DNA of 60,338 bases, filler included. It is 7 parts of 7 records of this genome, joined end to end, with 100 filler letters (N's around TTAATTAATTAA, not from the genome) between each part and the next. Parts side by side here need not be neighbours in the genome. Positions count along the whole stretch, not along the records: positions 28,830 to 35,161 come from SRR31147125_46708; positions 35,262 to 44,332 come from SRR31147125_46710; 5 more parts are not named here. One strand, written 5' to 3'. This document shows positions 33,121-44,332 of this stretch, one piece after another. Position numbers and translations under genes: made by a program. The notes beneath the pieces are model-generated. The model made no database searches. It was given only the letters and a program-made list of their open reading frames with translations, and was not told where the DNA came from. Position 1 is the first letter of the stretch. Each line of letters begins with the position of its first letter.

Positions 33121-33231
33121 TATTTTTAAAATAAATCCAAGTTAAAAAACACGAACCAATTAAACCGAATAATAACATTTTGTTATTTAGTCTTGTTATT
33201 TCACTGTTTAATTTCTTCTAAATATAACATT

Positions 33232-33253
33232 AAATTCTGTAGAAATTCTATTG
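33232..33253. promoter_or_regulatory. Direct-repeat operator upstream of the response regulator (putative autoregulation)
   Basis: AAATTCTGTAG-AAATTCTATTG; 15 of 16 bases match 30951-30966 in the same orientation. Confidence 0.55.
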
Positions 33254-33399
33254 AAAAATATTTTAGTGGTAGAAGATCCATGTTGACTTGTCGATGAAAT
33301 CTCACACCTTTTCAAACATTCCACCGAATAGCAGTATTAAAAAAACTGTCATTTTCTTCCGATTGAATGGGAAAATAGTTTCAAATCGGCTCTTTTTGG

Positions 33400-34386
33400 T
33401 CAAACACCTTTTTTTCGAATCAAATCATATATAAGGTCATAAGCAAATACCAGCTCCTCAATGGAGCAATGTGACTGAATATAATGAGTTGTGCAAAGTA
33501 AAAGACCTCCATTCGAAAACAGTTGAATAATCCGCTCTATCTCCGCTCTTAGTTTATCCGAATGTCCAAATCCGATGGTTGTCTGAACATCAAGTCCTCC
33601 CATAACTGTAAGCATACTCTTATATTGTCTCTTGAACAAGTCCAGATCCATTCCAGCTGATCCCTGCCAGGGGTGCACAACATCGTAATTTAAGTCGATA
33701 ACTCCGTCCATTATCGGCATGATATAACCATCACTATGCAAACTCAGATATCCATTCCTTCTTTTTACAGCCTCAGTCGTAATCTTGTGATACGGATAGA
33801 TCAGCTTCCACCAGATCGCAGGGCTAAAGAGGAGATTATTCTGAGAGCCCCAATCGTCTGACACATGGATCATGTCAACTCCCAGATCAAGGCAATTTAA
33901 AGCAAATGATCTGTTCCATTCTGCCTGACGACAGTAAAGTTGATGTAACTCTTTCTCATAGAGCAACAGGTACGTAAGATGGTTCTCTATTCCAAAATAT
34001 TCATTATAGCATTCAAATATCCCCGGTGTTTGAACGTAGACAAATCGTCCCCTCTCCTGTTTGTGATGTTTTATCTGATCCAGGATGACTTGATAGACTT
34101 CAAAATTATTCGGATCTGAAAGTGGGGTGTCCAGCAAAATTGAAGGCTCGATGTTCCCTCCGCACTCATGGCGGATTGCTTCCATGGAATCCGCAGGATA
34201 GATTTCTGGTCCTCCGAAAAGGTGAGCCAGATCGAACTCATACTTGTCTTCAAACGCTTCTACGGATCCAAATGTTTCACAAATCGATTTGTCAAGATTT
34301 TCCTTCAACCAACCATACACAGGAATTCGGTCCGGTTTCCTGTGTTCAACAACAGCAATAACACGTTCCCGGGGTGACATCAACAC
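33400..34386 (-). CDS. Uroporphyrinogen decarboxylase / MtaA-like (URO-D superfamily) protein
   Basis: SPRERV..HRKPDRIP, SDDWGSQNNLLFSP, LHSDG, MGGLDVQ. Confidence 0.85.
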   Translation of the reverse strand: MLMSPRERVIAVVEHRKPDRIPVYGWLKENLDKSICETFGSVEAFEDKYEFDLAHLFGGPEIYPADSMEAIRHECGGNIEPSILLDTPLSDPNNFEVYQVILDQIKHHKQERGRFVYVQTPGIFECYNEYFGIENHLTYLLLYEKELHQLYCRQAEWNRSFALNCLDLGVDMIHVSDDWGSQNNLLFSPAIWWKLIYPYHKITTEAVKRRNGYLSLHSDGYIMPIMDGVIDLNYDVVHPWQGSAGMDLDLFKRQYKSMLTVMGGLDVQTTIGFGHSDKLRAEIERIIQLFSNGGLLLCTTHYIQSHCSIEELVFAYDLIYDLIRKKGV

Positions 34387-34430
34387 ACCTTTTCTAATAA
34401 TATTCCGATAACCTATTAATAAACGGTTCT

Positions 34431-35075
34431 TTAATCAAACCAACGATCAATAAAAACCGCTGTTTTTTGTGTTATTTTATATTGAATCCAGATCAAAAGA
34501 GACCACCCGATCGCAACAATCCCAATTATAGTCTGTCTGGAAATCCATTTAGAACAAAAAGGGAATATCATTCGTAAATTTGAGGGCGTGGAGTGATCAA
34601 AAATAGCCAGAATCCCGGAAACAGCTGCTATGAATCCCATAACAATAGCTGTAAACAAACTGGTCTTCCCAATCCTGTTGTCCCACCGTTCACCATTAAT
34701 ACCATCATATCTCATTCTTCGACTCATATAAGCACCGGCAATAACACCGAGGATCAAGTTGCATACTGGTACCCCCATAAACAATGCGAGCAAACCGACA
34801 GAATAAAATATATATAACAGGCTAAACACTCTTGTATCAATACGATAAAAATGTGAGACCAGTCTTTTCAACAAAACAATGTTCAGGAGGATACCAAATC
34901 CCAGACCCGATATGGCCGTCTTCCGGATCCATTCTTCCGGTATTTCAATAACATGATAAAGAGATAAACCTGCCACAGTCCACCAAAATAAGAAAAAGAA
35001 CGTTATCGGGATTAAAATACCGATACTGATCTTAATCAGCCTTAATTCCATTTTAGCCACATAGTTTTCTGTCAT
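34431..35075 (-). CDS. Hypothetical integral membrane protein
   Basis: 214-aa ORF with 5-6 hydrophobic segments and an FMGVPV-NL motif. Confidence 0.7.
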   Translation of the reverse strand: MTENYVAKMELRLIKISIGILIPITFFFLFWWTVAGLSLYHVIEIPEEWIRKTAISGLGFGILLNIVLLKRLVSHFYRIDTRVFSLLYIFYSVGLLALFMGVPVCNLILGVIAGAYMSRRMRYDGINGERWDNRIGKTSLFTAIVMGFIAAVSGILAIFDHSTPSNLRMIFPFCSKWISRQTIIGIVAIGWSLLIWIQYKITQKTAVFIDRWFD

Positions 35076-35161
35076 TCAGCGATATCTCTGACTCTATTTA
35101 TCTTCTTACAACCCCAATCTGATCCGCCCAGGTTTCCCACTTTTTTATTAGTTTCTTTTTT

Positions 35162-35261
35162 NNNNNNNNNNNNNNNNNNNNNNNNNNNNNNNNNNNNNNN
35201 NNNNNTTAATTAATTAANNNNNNNNNNNNNNNNNNNNNNNNNNNNNNNNNNNNNNNNNNNN
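35162..35261. other. Artificial contig linker
   Basis: N-TTAATTAATTAA-N spacer. Confidence 0.98.
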
Positions 35262-36490
35262 CCCCTCACTTGGATTTAGGGGAGGATGATATTGGAAAGC
35301 GCTTTTCCCGATACGGTATTGAGCCGGGGTGGTTCAGACATGATTTAGTCTCGTTGAAGGGTACGGAACCGCCGGATTTGATTTTTGTCACGTCCCTCAT
35401 GACTTACTGGGCATCCGGCGTCAGAGAGACGATTTCCGTCATTAAATCGGTTTTTTCGGATGTTCCGGTGGTATTGGGAGGCATTTACGCCTCTCTTTGT
35501 ACGGATCATGCCCGGAACAATTCACTTGCCGATGAAGTCATTTCAGGAAGTGGGGAAGAGCAGCTTCAAGGGATTATTCAACGCTACACCGGCTTTGCGC
35601 TGAAAATGGATGCGTGCAATGAAATTGAAAATGGCGAGCACGTCGAAGATATCGAAGGCAGTGAAAATAGCAGCCTAGGCAAAAGCCGTCCGTTTTCCGG
35701 AAAGCCATCGCGACGTGCCAATCTCGACAGGTTGCCCATGCCTGCGTTTGATCTTCTCTCCAAAATGACCTATCTTCCGGTTTTGACCTCAAGAGGGTGT
35801 CCCTTTTCCTGTGAATACTGTGCCTCTTCCTTTTTGGAGCCTTGCCTCCGGCATCGTTCTCCCAAAAAGGTCTTTGATGAGATCGCCCATTGGCAGGAAC
35901 AATATGCCATTCAAAATATTGCATTCTACGACGACGCCCTTTTGATCCAACCGGACAAGTATTTTCTTCCCTTGCTGGATCGAATATTGGCCGCTCCTTT
36001 TGCCGATTCTCTATCATTCCATACGCCCAATGCCCTTCACATCCGTCAGATCACCCGGGATGTGGCCGATATGATGTATAAAGCAAAATTCAAAACCGTT
36101 CGACTCGGCCTTGAAAGTACGGATTTTTCATCTTCCCGCCAAGCCGACGTTAAAGTTCGACATCATGAATTCTACGATGCTGTAGAGCTGCTCAAGCAGG
36201 CCGGCTTCTCCACAGATCAACTGGGTGCATATCTTTTATGCGCGTTGCCCGGCCAATCATTGGATGATGTGGAACGCTCCATTTCTCTTGTAAAGGCATC
36301 CGGTGTCACTCCGGTGCTTGCTTATTACACCCCCATTCCCCATACTCCCATGTGGAAGCCGGCGCTTCGCCATTCCCGATTCGATATTGAGAAGGATCCT
36401 TTGTTGACAAACAATGCACTTTTGCCCTGCCTGGAAAAAGGTGCCTCCATGGATCGGATTGATCTATTGAAGCAACTTTGCAGGGGGTAG
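35262..36490 (+). CDS. B12-binding-domain radical SAM protein, 5'-truncated
   Basis: VTSLMTYW, VVLGGIYASL, TSRGCPFSCEYC (CxxxCxxC), FYDDA, LGLES. Confidence 0.9.
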
Positions 36491-36762
36491 TCGCTCAATT
36501 CGTTGAAAGGGCATGCCGTTCGATTCTCTCCATTTTGTGTTCCACGTGGCGTATTTGTATGGAATTGTTTGCAAAAATTCTCTTTATGCTTTAGAATTCC
36601 TGATGCGTTGAATAGAGTCGGCATCAGGTAAAAATGGGCTTCGTAAAGCGGTTTGCGATAACAAAATATGAAAAATCATGATCCTTCTACAGGTCGGGAT
36701 TTTAGTAAAAAACTACCTGGGATTGTTTTGGGAAAATGCAATTTTAGAGGATATTATCAAGT

Positions 36763-37194
36763 ATGATCGTTTTTGATCTGGAATGTGTCAACGGCCATCC
36801 ATTCGAAGGGTGGTTCGATGACAGTGACGATTTTGAAAGACAGCAGGCGCAGGGATTGATTGCCTGCCCTGTTTGTGAAACATATTCCGTGACTCAAAAA
36901 CTCTCAGCCGTTGCGGTCAGAACGTCATCAGCCGTCTCATTTGATGGACATGCCGGAAGCGATCTTTTGGCAAGTATCAATGCCAAGTTGACCGATTTCG
37001 TGGAGAAGAATTTCGAGAATGTGGGATCCGACTTTGCCAAAGAAGCATTGAAGATCCATTACGGTGCCAAGGAGCCGAAAAACATCAGAGGAACGACTAC
37101 GGCTGAAGAAGATAAGGTTTTGAAAGAAGAAGGGGTGCCCGTCATTCGGTTTGGGGGAGACCCAAGTGGTACGGATAAAGATGAGTTGAACTGA
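36763..37194 (+). CDS. DUF1178 family protein
   Basis: MIVFDLECVNGHPFEGWF, CPVC, FAKEALKIHYG, IRG. Confidence 0.9.
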   Translation: MIVFDLECVNGHPFEGWFDDSDDFERQQAQGLIACPVCETYSVTQKLSAVAVRTSSAVSFDGHAGSDLLASINAKLTDFVEKNFENVGSDFAKEALKIHYGAKEPKNIRGTTTAEEDKVLKEEGVPVIRFGGDPSGTDKDELN

Positions 37195-37294
37195 CGCGGG
37201 AAATCCGCAACCCATACGCCTTTCTTCATTGTCTTGTTTTTCTTCGACAAGAATTGAGGTCTAAGGCATTACCAATCAAAATGGACAGGATGAT

Positions 37295-37645
37295 ATGAAG
37301 ATAGTTGCTTATGACGATGTAATTCCGGTAACGGTTGAGAGTGATCAAGCCAAAGGCGTGTCCGGCCGTCTCTTAATAGGACAGAAGGACGGCGCGTCCA
37401 ATTTCTGTATGCGGTTTTTTGAATTGGCCCCCGATGGGTTTACGCCGAAGCATACCCATGAGTGGGAACATGAGGTGTTTGTTCACTCCGGTACCGGCGA
37501 AGTGCTATGTCAAAATGAATGGCGTCCCATCTCTGCCGGAACCGCGGTGTTTGTTCCGGGTAATGAAGAGCATCAGTTTCGAAATGTAGGGGATGCTCCC
37601 CTCTCCTTTGTTTGTTTGATCCCTGCAGGACCGCCGGAGTTGTAA
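37295..37645 (+). CDS. Cupin domain protein
   Basis: FTPKHTHEWEHEVFV and PGNEEHQFRN cupin motifs. Confidence 0.9.
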   Translation: MKIVAYDDVIPVTVESDQAKGVSGRLLIGQKDGASNFCMRFFELAPDGFTPKHTHEWEHEVFVHSGTGEVLCQNEWRPISAGTAVFVPGNEEHQFRNVGDAPLSFVCLIPAGPPEL

Positions 37646-39658
37646 TGAAAAAAAGTGAGTATCCGGGATCCTGCGTCTCTTCTGAAGGCCGTTTTCTTGT
37701 CGGGATTCACAAGCCTTCCTTTCATGTCGATCTATTGAGAAAAAATGATTTTGTAGAGCCCTTGGGGAGTTTGGAAGATGGGACTGTGGTCACCAATGAG
37801 GTGAATTTTCCCCTCAGCCCGGTAAATGAGCCCCATGCCGATATTGTGTATGAAATCCCCAACCCATTTCCTTTCAGAGGGACGACCTACATTAATTCCG
37901 CATGGGCGGACGCTGGGGCCGAAGCGCCGGAGTCCATTTCCTTACCCAAGCCGCCGGACGTCTCAATGCGAAGAGTTCTTGAGCAATGGAAAAAAACTTC
38001 CAGAGCCTTGACCACAACCGCAGATTCTTACCCATCCAGCGTCTCCAATTTCTCCAATTCCCCAGCCACGCCCCATGCAAAAACTTCATTCACTTCGGGA
38101 GAAGATGTCAATGATGACGCCCATTCCGCTTCCGGTTCCGGCGTCATCAATCAGCCGAACTCAGACGCGTTGGCGGACTATCTGAAATTTGTCGCTCTTT
38201 TGCCAAGGCCCATGCTGTTGGCACTTGCCGAGAGCTCCACAGATTCATTGGAGTTGGTGACCATTGCAAAGACCTGCTGCACATTTCAATACTCGACATC
38301 CGATTCCGACTCAGACGATCACTCCCATAATCGCTCTGATTCTGCCCATATTGACGAAGATCAAGGGAACGTTGAATTATACACCCCGTGCGGACTACGC
38401 TTTAAAAAAAATAGACGCGGCGTGGCAGTTCCGGAGATTACCGACCACGATTTGTTTGAAATCCTTGCCAACAACCCTCATCTTCCCGATGTATACAAAC
38501 GGGTAATGGTACTCAAACCCGGAATCCAGGGAATGAGTGAAATTACAGGGGAGTGGCAAGTCAATGGCCCCCCAAGTTCCCCAGGATGACGCCGGTACTG
38601 CCGTTTCCGATGGGCAAGCGCAACAAAGTCATGTGTTTGAATATGTGAGGCGAAACAGCTATATCCCTTGGGGCCATTTTGCGGCCAACACTGCCGATGA
38701 TACGGTTCGGTACAAAATAAATGATTTGACCCCCCAAGACATGACAGGGATGCGTTACCTCTATTATCAGAGAACCTATCTTCGACTGTTTGATGAGCTA
38801 AAGCAAATCGGCCGGACGGATCGGGTGTATGGTGGGAATGAGTTCAAAAGTATCGAAAGTGGCGGGAAAAGACTTTCTGAAGATGATCTTGAAACCCTGC
38901 GCGGTCATATTATAAAGTGCCTGACCGGCGATAATCCTCCATCTTTACAATTCAATGGCGCATTGTGGGGCTGGAATTTTGGATTTGGATATGCCCAGTC
39001 CGGCTATCGGCTCCATGCGTCCCATCAGCAGATTCATCAACAATATGCCATGATCCCGGCAAAAGTGACGAAAACGACGATAAGGGTTGGTGAAGTTGAA
39101 ACAAAAGATGCCGTTGTCTCTAACCAAAGGGGAGCTGAAGCGGTGATGCCGTCCTATGCTTGTGGCGATATGGTGGCTGACTTTGTTCATTCATATCGAA
39201 CCCAAACCGGAAAGAATTTTTTCGACTGTTACTGTAAGGCCATACGCAGTAATAGGCGGGTGGATGGAACTGCCGGTCGACCATCTTCGCTGATTATTTT
39301 TGAAGATGATCAGGTGATGCTCTTTGTACCCAAAGCTCAAACTTCACAATGGGAACTTCAGTTGATGCCGACAAAACCGTGCGGTAATGTCCTCGAAGCC
39401 GGTGCTGCCATGCGGGCATCCTTGGATCGAGGGATTTTAACCGCCCTGCAGATCCTGGAGCGAATGGGCGCTCGGATGGTCACCTCCATTGAATATTCCA
39501 AGCGGTTTGACTCAAAGAGTTCCGATCAGCGACTACTTTATGCATTTTTACCTAAAATTCCCCAGTCTCCGGGGGCTTTCAGCGAAGCACAACTTCGATG
39601 GATCAACGGACATTATCCCGAAGACTTTGCTGCCGCTTGTAGAGCACAACTGGGTTGA
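37645..39658 (+). CDS. Large conserved hypothetical protein with GalT/HIT-like C-terminal half; one-base frameshift near 38570
   Basis: TAATG overlap with the cupin gene; two ORFs joined across a C6 run. SHQQIHQQ aligns with GalT SxxHxHxQ; IIFEDDQVMLFVPKAQTSQWELQLMP resembles the GalT second half. Confidence 0.65.
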
Positions 39659-39713
39659 CTGATATCATCTGACTTGACACATCATGAGGTTCTTCTCTAT
39701 AGATGGATAAAAC

Positions 39714-40445
39714 ATGTGGAATAAACTATTTGGTGGTAAACAAAATGGAACTGAAATGACAACGACTGTTCCTCCTGTAAAATTAAAAGGTGTGGGAGAC
39801 GGGTTCTGGGTGACGGTGGATCCGGATACCCCCGAAGAGGTCATCCATGAAGAGATATCCAAGCTTTTTGAGCGACTCAAACACCTTGCGATCAATGCAA
39901 AGGTGGTCATTGATGTGGGCGCTGAAGAGGGGTATGAGACGCTGATCGATAGTCTGAAACGCCTGTTAAAGATCCGTTTTGATGTGGGAAGCGTTACGAC
40001 ACCACCGAAAAAAAGATCCGCAACTGTGGAGAGAACCCGGCAGGTGGATCTCGATAAAGGATGGATTGCCCATCGAAGCGATACATTGATTCTTACCGGC
40101 CGGATTCGAGCAGGGCAGAAGATCGAAACTCGAAGACATCTGATTATTCTTGGGAATGTGAACCCCGGTGCTGAGCTGATTGCATATGGGAATATCATTG
40201 TGTTGGGAAGCCTCCAGGGGCGAGTGCATGCCGGTTACCCGGATAATGAAGAGGCATTTGTCATGGCACTTGACTTCAAACCGACCCAGATTTTGATTGG
40301 AGATATTGTTGGAGAAAAAGTTATGCTTCCTCCAAATCTAGTGGAAAAAACAGTCTATGCGGTTGCTCAAGAGGGCAGAATCAATCTTCAGGACTATATG
40401 AAAAGTCAACCATTTGGAAAAATTCCATGGCCCACGGCCATTTAA
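39714..40445 (+). CDS. minC: Septum site-determining protein MinC
   Basis: VKLKG, IRAGQKI, ILGNVNPGAELIAYGNIIVLGSLQGRVHAG. Confidence 0.92.
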   Translation: MWNKLFGGKQNGTEMTTTVPPVKLKGVGDGFWVTVDPDTPEEVIHEEISKLFERLKHLAINAKVVIDVGAEEGYETLIDSLKRLLKIRFDVGSVTTPPKKRSATVERTRQVDLDKGWIAHRSDTLILTGRIRAGQKIETRRHLIILGNVNPGAELIAYGNIIVLGSLQGRVHAGYPDNEEAFVMALDFKPTQILIGDIVGEKVMLPPNLVEKTVYAVAQEGRINLQDYMKSQPFGKIPWPTAI

Positions 40446-40483
40446 AAACATTAATATATATTTTTATTGATAGAGGTGTTCTT

Positions 40484-41283
40484 TTGGAAGGTAAAATCAT
40501 AGTTGTTACATCGGGAAAAGGCGGTGTCGGCAAAACAACGGCAACGGCTTCCATTGGTGCGGCATTGGCATTGGAGGGCAACCGGGTGGCCGTCATCGAT
40601 ATGGATATCGGTCTTAGAAATTTGGATGTGGTCTTAGGGCTTGAAAACCGAATTGTCTTCAATATAGTCGATGTGGTGAATAAACGCTGTAACTTGACCC
40701 AGGCATTGATTCGGGATCGTCGAATCGACAACCTGTTTTTGGTACCCGCGTCTCAAAGTGACAACAAAGATGTACTGACTGCCATTGGCGTTCAGCGGGT
40801 CGCAAAGATGCTTAAAAGCGAATTTGATTATGTGTTGATGGATTCGCCGGCCGGTATCGAAAAAGGGTTTGAAAATTCGGTGGTTGCGGCGGATGAGGCC
40901 GTGGTGATTTGTACACCGGATGTCTCTTCCATCAGGGATGCCGATCGGGTTATCGCACTTCTTTATTCTCGATCCATCGAACCGAGATTGATCGTCAACC
41001 GCATCGATCCCGAGATGGTGGCCCAGGGAAACATGCTCAGCCATGAGGATGTGGTGGATGTACTTTCCATTGATCTATTGGGACTTGTGCCGAAGGATGA
41101 TCAGGTGGTGGTTGCCACCAATACGGGAATGCCTCTTGTCATGCACAATCAATCCCCGGCAGGTCAGGCATTCAGACGAATTGCAAAGCGCCTTAACGGT
41201 GAAACCGATATTCGGATAGAGGTGCCCTCGACTAAAGCTGGAATATGGAAAAAATTACCAATTCCCTTGGTATGAATCGATAA
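40484..41283 (+). CDS. minD: Septum site-determining ATPase MinD; probable missing A near 41250
   Basis: SGKGGVGKTT, DIGLRNLDVVLGLENRIV, DSPAGIE. TTG start at 40484. As sequenced the stop is at 41275; adding one A gives the amphipathic end GIWKKITNSLGMNR. Confidence 0.95.
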
Positions 41284-41287
41284 GGAA

Positions 41288-41581
41288 ATGCCCATGTCCA
41301 TGTTTAACGGATTGATGAAAAAATTTGGCGGTGGAAAGGAATCTCCCAAGGATACGGCTAAAAAACGGTTGGAGTTTGCACTGGTTTGCGACAATCTGGA
41401 GGTTGACGGAAACTCCCTGGCCAGCCTTCAATCGGATATTGTTGAAGTGATTTCGAAATATTTCGAGATCGATACCGAAGAGCTTCAGCTGGAGGTTCAA
41501 CAGAGGCGGGATGCGTCTGCACTGGTTTTCAATACCCCGATCAAATTTGTGAAGAGGAATCGAACACTTCCCAAAAGCTAA
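41288..41581 (+). CDS. minE: Cell division topological specificity factor MinE
   Basis: AKKRLEFALVCD, DIVEVISKY, ALVFNTPI; follows minD. Confidence 0.92.
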   Translation: MPMSMFNGLMKKFGGGKESPKDTAKKRLEFALVCDNLEVDGNSLASLQSDIVEVISKYFEIDTEELQLEVQQRRDASALVFNTPIKFVKRNRTLPKS

Positions 41582-41652
41582 TGCGGAAAGCTCGTAATTT
41601 ATGTGTCTTTTTCAACCCTTTTTCTTTGGATTAGGAACTGTGGTGGAAGGGA

Positions 41653-42468
41653 TTAAATGAGATCGGGGAATTGTTTTTTGATTTTCTTCAACAATTTGTT
41701 CCCCACTTCAATACCGATATCAATAAAATTGGGGCCGTAGCGCATGCCTGTGGGAGTTCTGAATGTCCGCTTGATTTTTTCAAGGGTGGACAGGCCCTTG
41801 GGATAACGCGTTATGAATTCCCGGAGGGGCACGTTGGCAAAGATCACCATATCCCATACTGTATGAGTAAAGTTATCCGGCCCCCAACGAAATTTATCCC
41901 CATCATACAGGGCATTGGAAATTAAGGTCGGCGTTTTGTCGGAGGAAGTTTCATTTGATTTAAGCGCGGCTTTTTTTTCTTTTTGAAATGCTTCGTGTTC
42001 CTCGATGGCCACCGCAATGATTTCAATCTCTTCCGGCAAGAGGGGATAATCCTTTGAGAGAAACTCTCTTGCAAAGGCAGCCCCTTTGGCTGCATGTCTT
42101 TTTTCTTTCCGTTTTACATCGTGTAGCAATCCGGCAATCTGAACCATGAGGATCTGTCTACGGGCATGATCCGATTCAATAATTCCGTTTCGACCGGGTT
42201 TACAGTTGAGTTCCGATAAAACAACGGCACCGGCATCCACACACACAAGGTCCGAGTGGTGCATTCCATGACCGAAATCATCTTCGATAACGGGATTGAT
42301 CTCTTTTTTTATGCGAACCAGAAGCGGATCGGAATGGAGCATTTGCCGGGAGTAGGATATCTCCTCCGAAAAGATTCGGCAAAAATCGGGGTCCGGCAGT
42401 TGGGAAACGATTTTTCTGGCTTCCTCTCTCAGTTGAAGATAAATGTCAGTCATCTGTTGGGTCATCAT
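41653..42468 (-). CDS. HD domain protein
   Basis: GHGMHHS, AGLLHD, HAAKGA, EEHE, LYDGDKF. Confidence 0.85.
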   Translation of the reverse strand: MMTQQMTDIYLQLREEARKIVSQLPDPDFCRIFSEEISYSRQMLHSDPLLVRIKKEINPVIEDDFGHGMHHSDLVCVDAGAVVLSELNCKPGRNGIIESDHARRQILMVQIAGLLHDVKRKEKRHAAKGAAFAREFLSKDYPLLPEEIEIIAVAIEEHEAFQKEKKAALKSNETSSDKTPTLISNALYDGDKFRWGPDNFTHTVWDMVIFANVPLREFITRYPKGLSTLEKIKRTFRTPTGMRYGPNFIDIGIEVGNKLLKKIKKQFPDLI

Positions 42469-43049
42469 TCTACGATGGTAAAGGATTTTCCCTGATCCGT
42501 CAGATCGATCCGGGTCAAGGCAATGATGGGGATGTTCAACGCCTCGAGCTTTTGTCTTCCCCTCTCAAAAATTTTTTCAATTACACATCCCACAGCCACA
42601 AGTTCGGCACCGCTTTGTCGGACAATGGAGACCAGCGCCATGAGGGTTGAAGCCGTTGCTAGAAAGTCGTCAATGATTACGACTTTATCCTGTGATTTGA
42701 TAAACTGAGATGAGATATGCAGGGAAATTTCCTCTGCCTTTGTCCGGCTTCTAGCGGTTGCCGAGAAAAGCTCTCCGGTCATAAAGGCCGGTTTCTTTTT
42801 TCTGGCAAAAACCATGGGAAGATCCATGGCTTGGGCGGTGGATAGGGCCGGAGCAATGCCGCTCACTTCAGCCGTGATAATCCGAGTGGCGTTGGTGACC
42901 CCGGCTTCGGACAGCTTTTTAGCAAAGTGTATTCCCATGTCAGTGGTTAGTTGGGGCAGCAACTGGTGGTTGATAAAGGCGTCCGCTTTGAGGATGCCGT
43001 CTCCTAAGTAGTGGGCTTTTTCTTGAATGGCCTTTTTGAGTTCTTTCAT
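42465..43049 (-). CDS. xpt: Xanthine phosphoribosyltransferase
   Basis: ILKADAFINHQ, TAEVSGIAPA, FARKKK, IIDDFLA, VIEK. Confidence 0.9.
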   Translation of the reverse strand: MKELKKAIQEKAHYLGDGILKADAFINHQLLPQLTTDMGIHFAKKLSEAGVTNATRIITAEVSGIAPALSTAQAMDLPMVFARKKKPAFMTGELFSATARSRTKAEEISLHISSQFIKSQDKVVIIDDFLATASTLMALVSIVRQSGAELVAVGCVIEKIFERGRQKLEALNIPIIALTRIDLTDQGKSFTIVE

Positions 43050-43206
43050 TGCATCCGTTCTATTGTTTCGGTTGGCGCATCGCTTTTATATGAAAATTCC
43101 CACCTGTGCAGTCTCTCGGATTTTCATCTATTGTTGTGGCAGATGGGTCTGTCATGGCCGTTATTCTCTAAAAGCCTGTTTAAATATTCAGGCTCTAAGT
43201 CTTGCG

Positions 43207-43232
43207 GCAGAGACGTAGTACTTTACGTCTCT
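43207..43232 (-). terminator. Hairpin downstream of aspS
   Basis: CAGAGACGTA-gtactt-TACGTCTCTG perfect stem. Confidence 0.65.
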
Positions 43233-43261
43233 GTTTTTCACCATATTGGGGATTCTATCAA

Positions 43262-44332
43262 TTACTCTTCTATTTTGGCAACTTTGATGGCGAGTTCCTG
43301 AAGCTGTGCGACAGCAGTCGGAGAGGGGGCCTCGGTCAGAAGGCAGGTTGCCTTCTGGGTTTTGGGGAAGGCAATGACGTCGCGGATGGAATCTTCCTGA
43401 CACAGCAGCATCGCCAGTCGATCAAATCCGAATGCCAATCCACCGTGGGGAGGCGTCCCCGATGCCAGGGCATTGAGCAGAAATCCGAATTTTCCTGGGC
43501 TTCTTCCCCGCCGATCCCCAGAAGTTTGAGGACTCGTTCCTGGAGCTCGGTGGAGTGAATACGGATGCTGCCGCCGCCGATTTCCGTGCCGTTGAGTACC
43601 ATATCGTAGGCGCGGGAGCGAACACTGAGGGGATCGGACTCCAGTTTGTCCAGATCTTCCTCCAGTGGGGCAGTGAAGGGATGATGGAGCGCCTGATAGC
43701 GTTTTTCCGTCTCATCATACTCAAGCAGCGGAAAATGGGTGATCCAGACAAACCGATAGGTGTCGGGATCGATGAGCTCCAATCGTCTGGCCAACTCGTT
43801 TCTAAGCTGTCCCAGGGCTTCGTTGGTCACTTTGGGGCTATCAGCCACGAAGAAGATGATATCTCCGGTCTCCATATCGAGTGTTTGAGCCAGAGCCGCT
43901 TTCTCGTCATCGGTGAAGAATTTTGCAATGGGAGATTGCCATTCGCCTCCTTCTTTCACCTTGATCCACGCCAGACCCTTGGCCTGATAGATGGCGGCAA
44001 AATCGGTCAACTCATCGATCTCCTTACGGGTAAACGTGGCGCATCCCTTGGCGTTGATGGCTTTGACCATTCCGCCTTTTTTCACGACACTGGCAAATAC
44101 TTTGAATCCGGTATCCTTGACAAGATCGGAGACATCGCACAACTCCAATCCGAACCGGAGGTCGGGTCGATCAAGGCCGAATCGATCCATGGACTCTTTG
44201 TAGGTCATACGATCGAAGGGCGTCTGAATGTCGATACCGCGTACCTTCTGAAATACCTCTTTGATGAGTCCTTCGGTGATCTCCATGATGTCCTCTTCCC
44301 CGACAAAGGAGAGCTCCATGTCGATCTGGGTG
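43262..44332 (-). CDS. aspS: Aspartate--tRNA ligase, 5'-truncated, one-base frameshift near 43490
   Basis: [10 protein letters not shown] domain, [25 protein letters not shown]. After restoring one [32 protein letters not shown], ending KIEE at 43262. Confidence 0.96.

Noticed and set aside
43050-43260. Purine riboswitch upstream of xpt
   Set aside because: The conserved aptamer core is not recognisable; only a terminator-like stem and weak hairpins are present.
43262-43500. aspS pseudogene or recoding
   Set aside because: One missing A in a short run restores an intact essential gene; the same error type occurs elsewhere.
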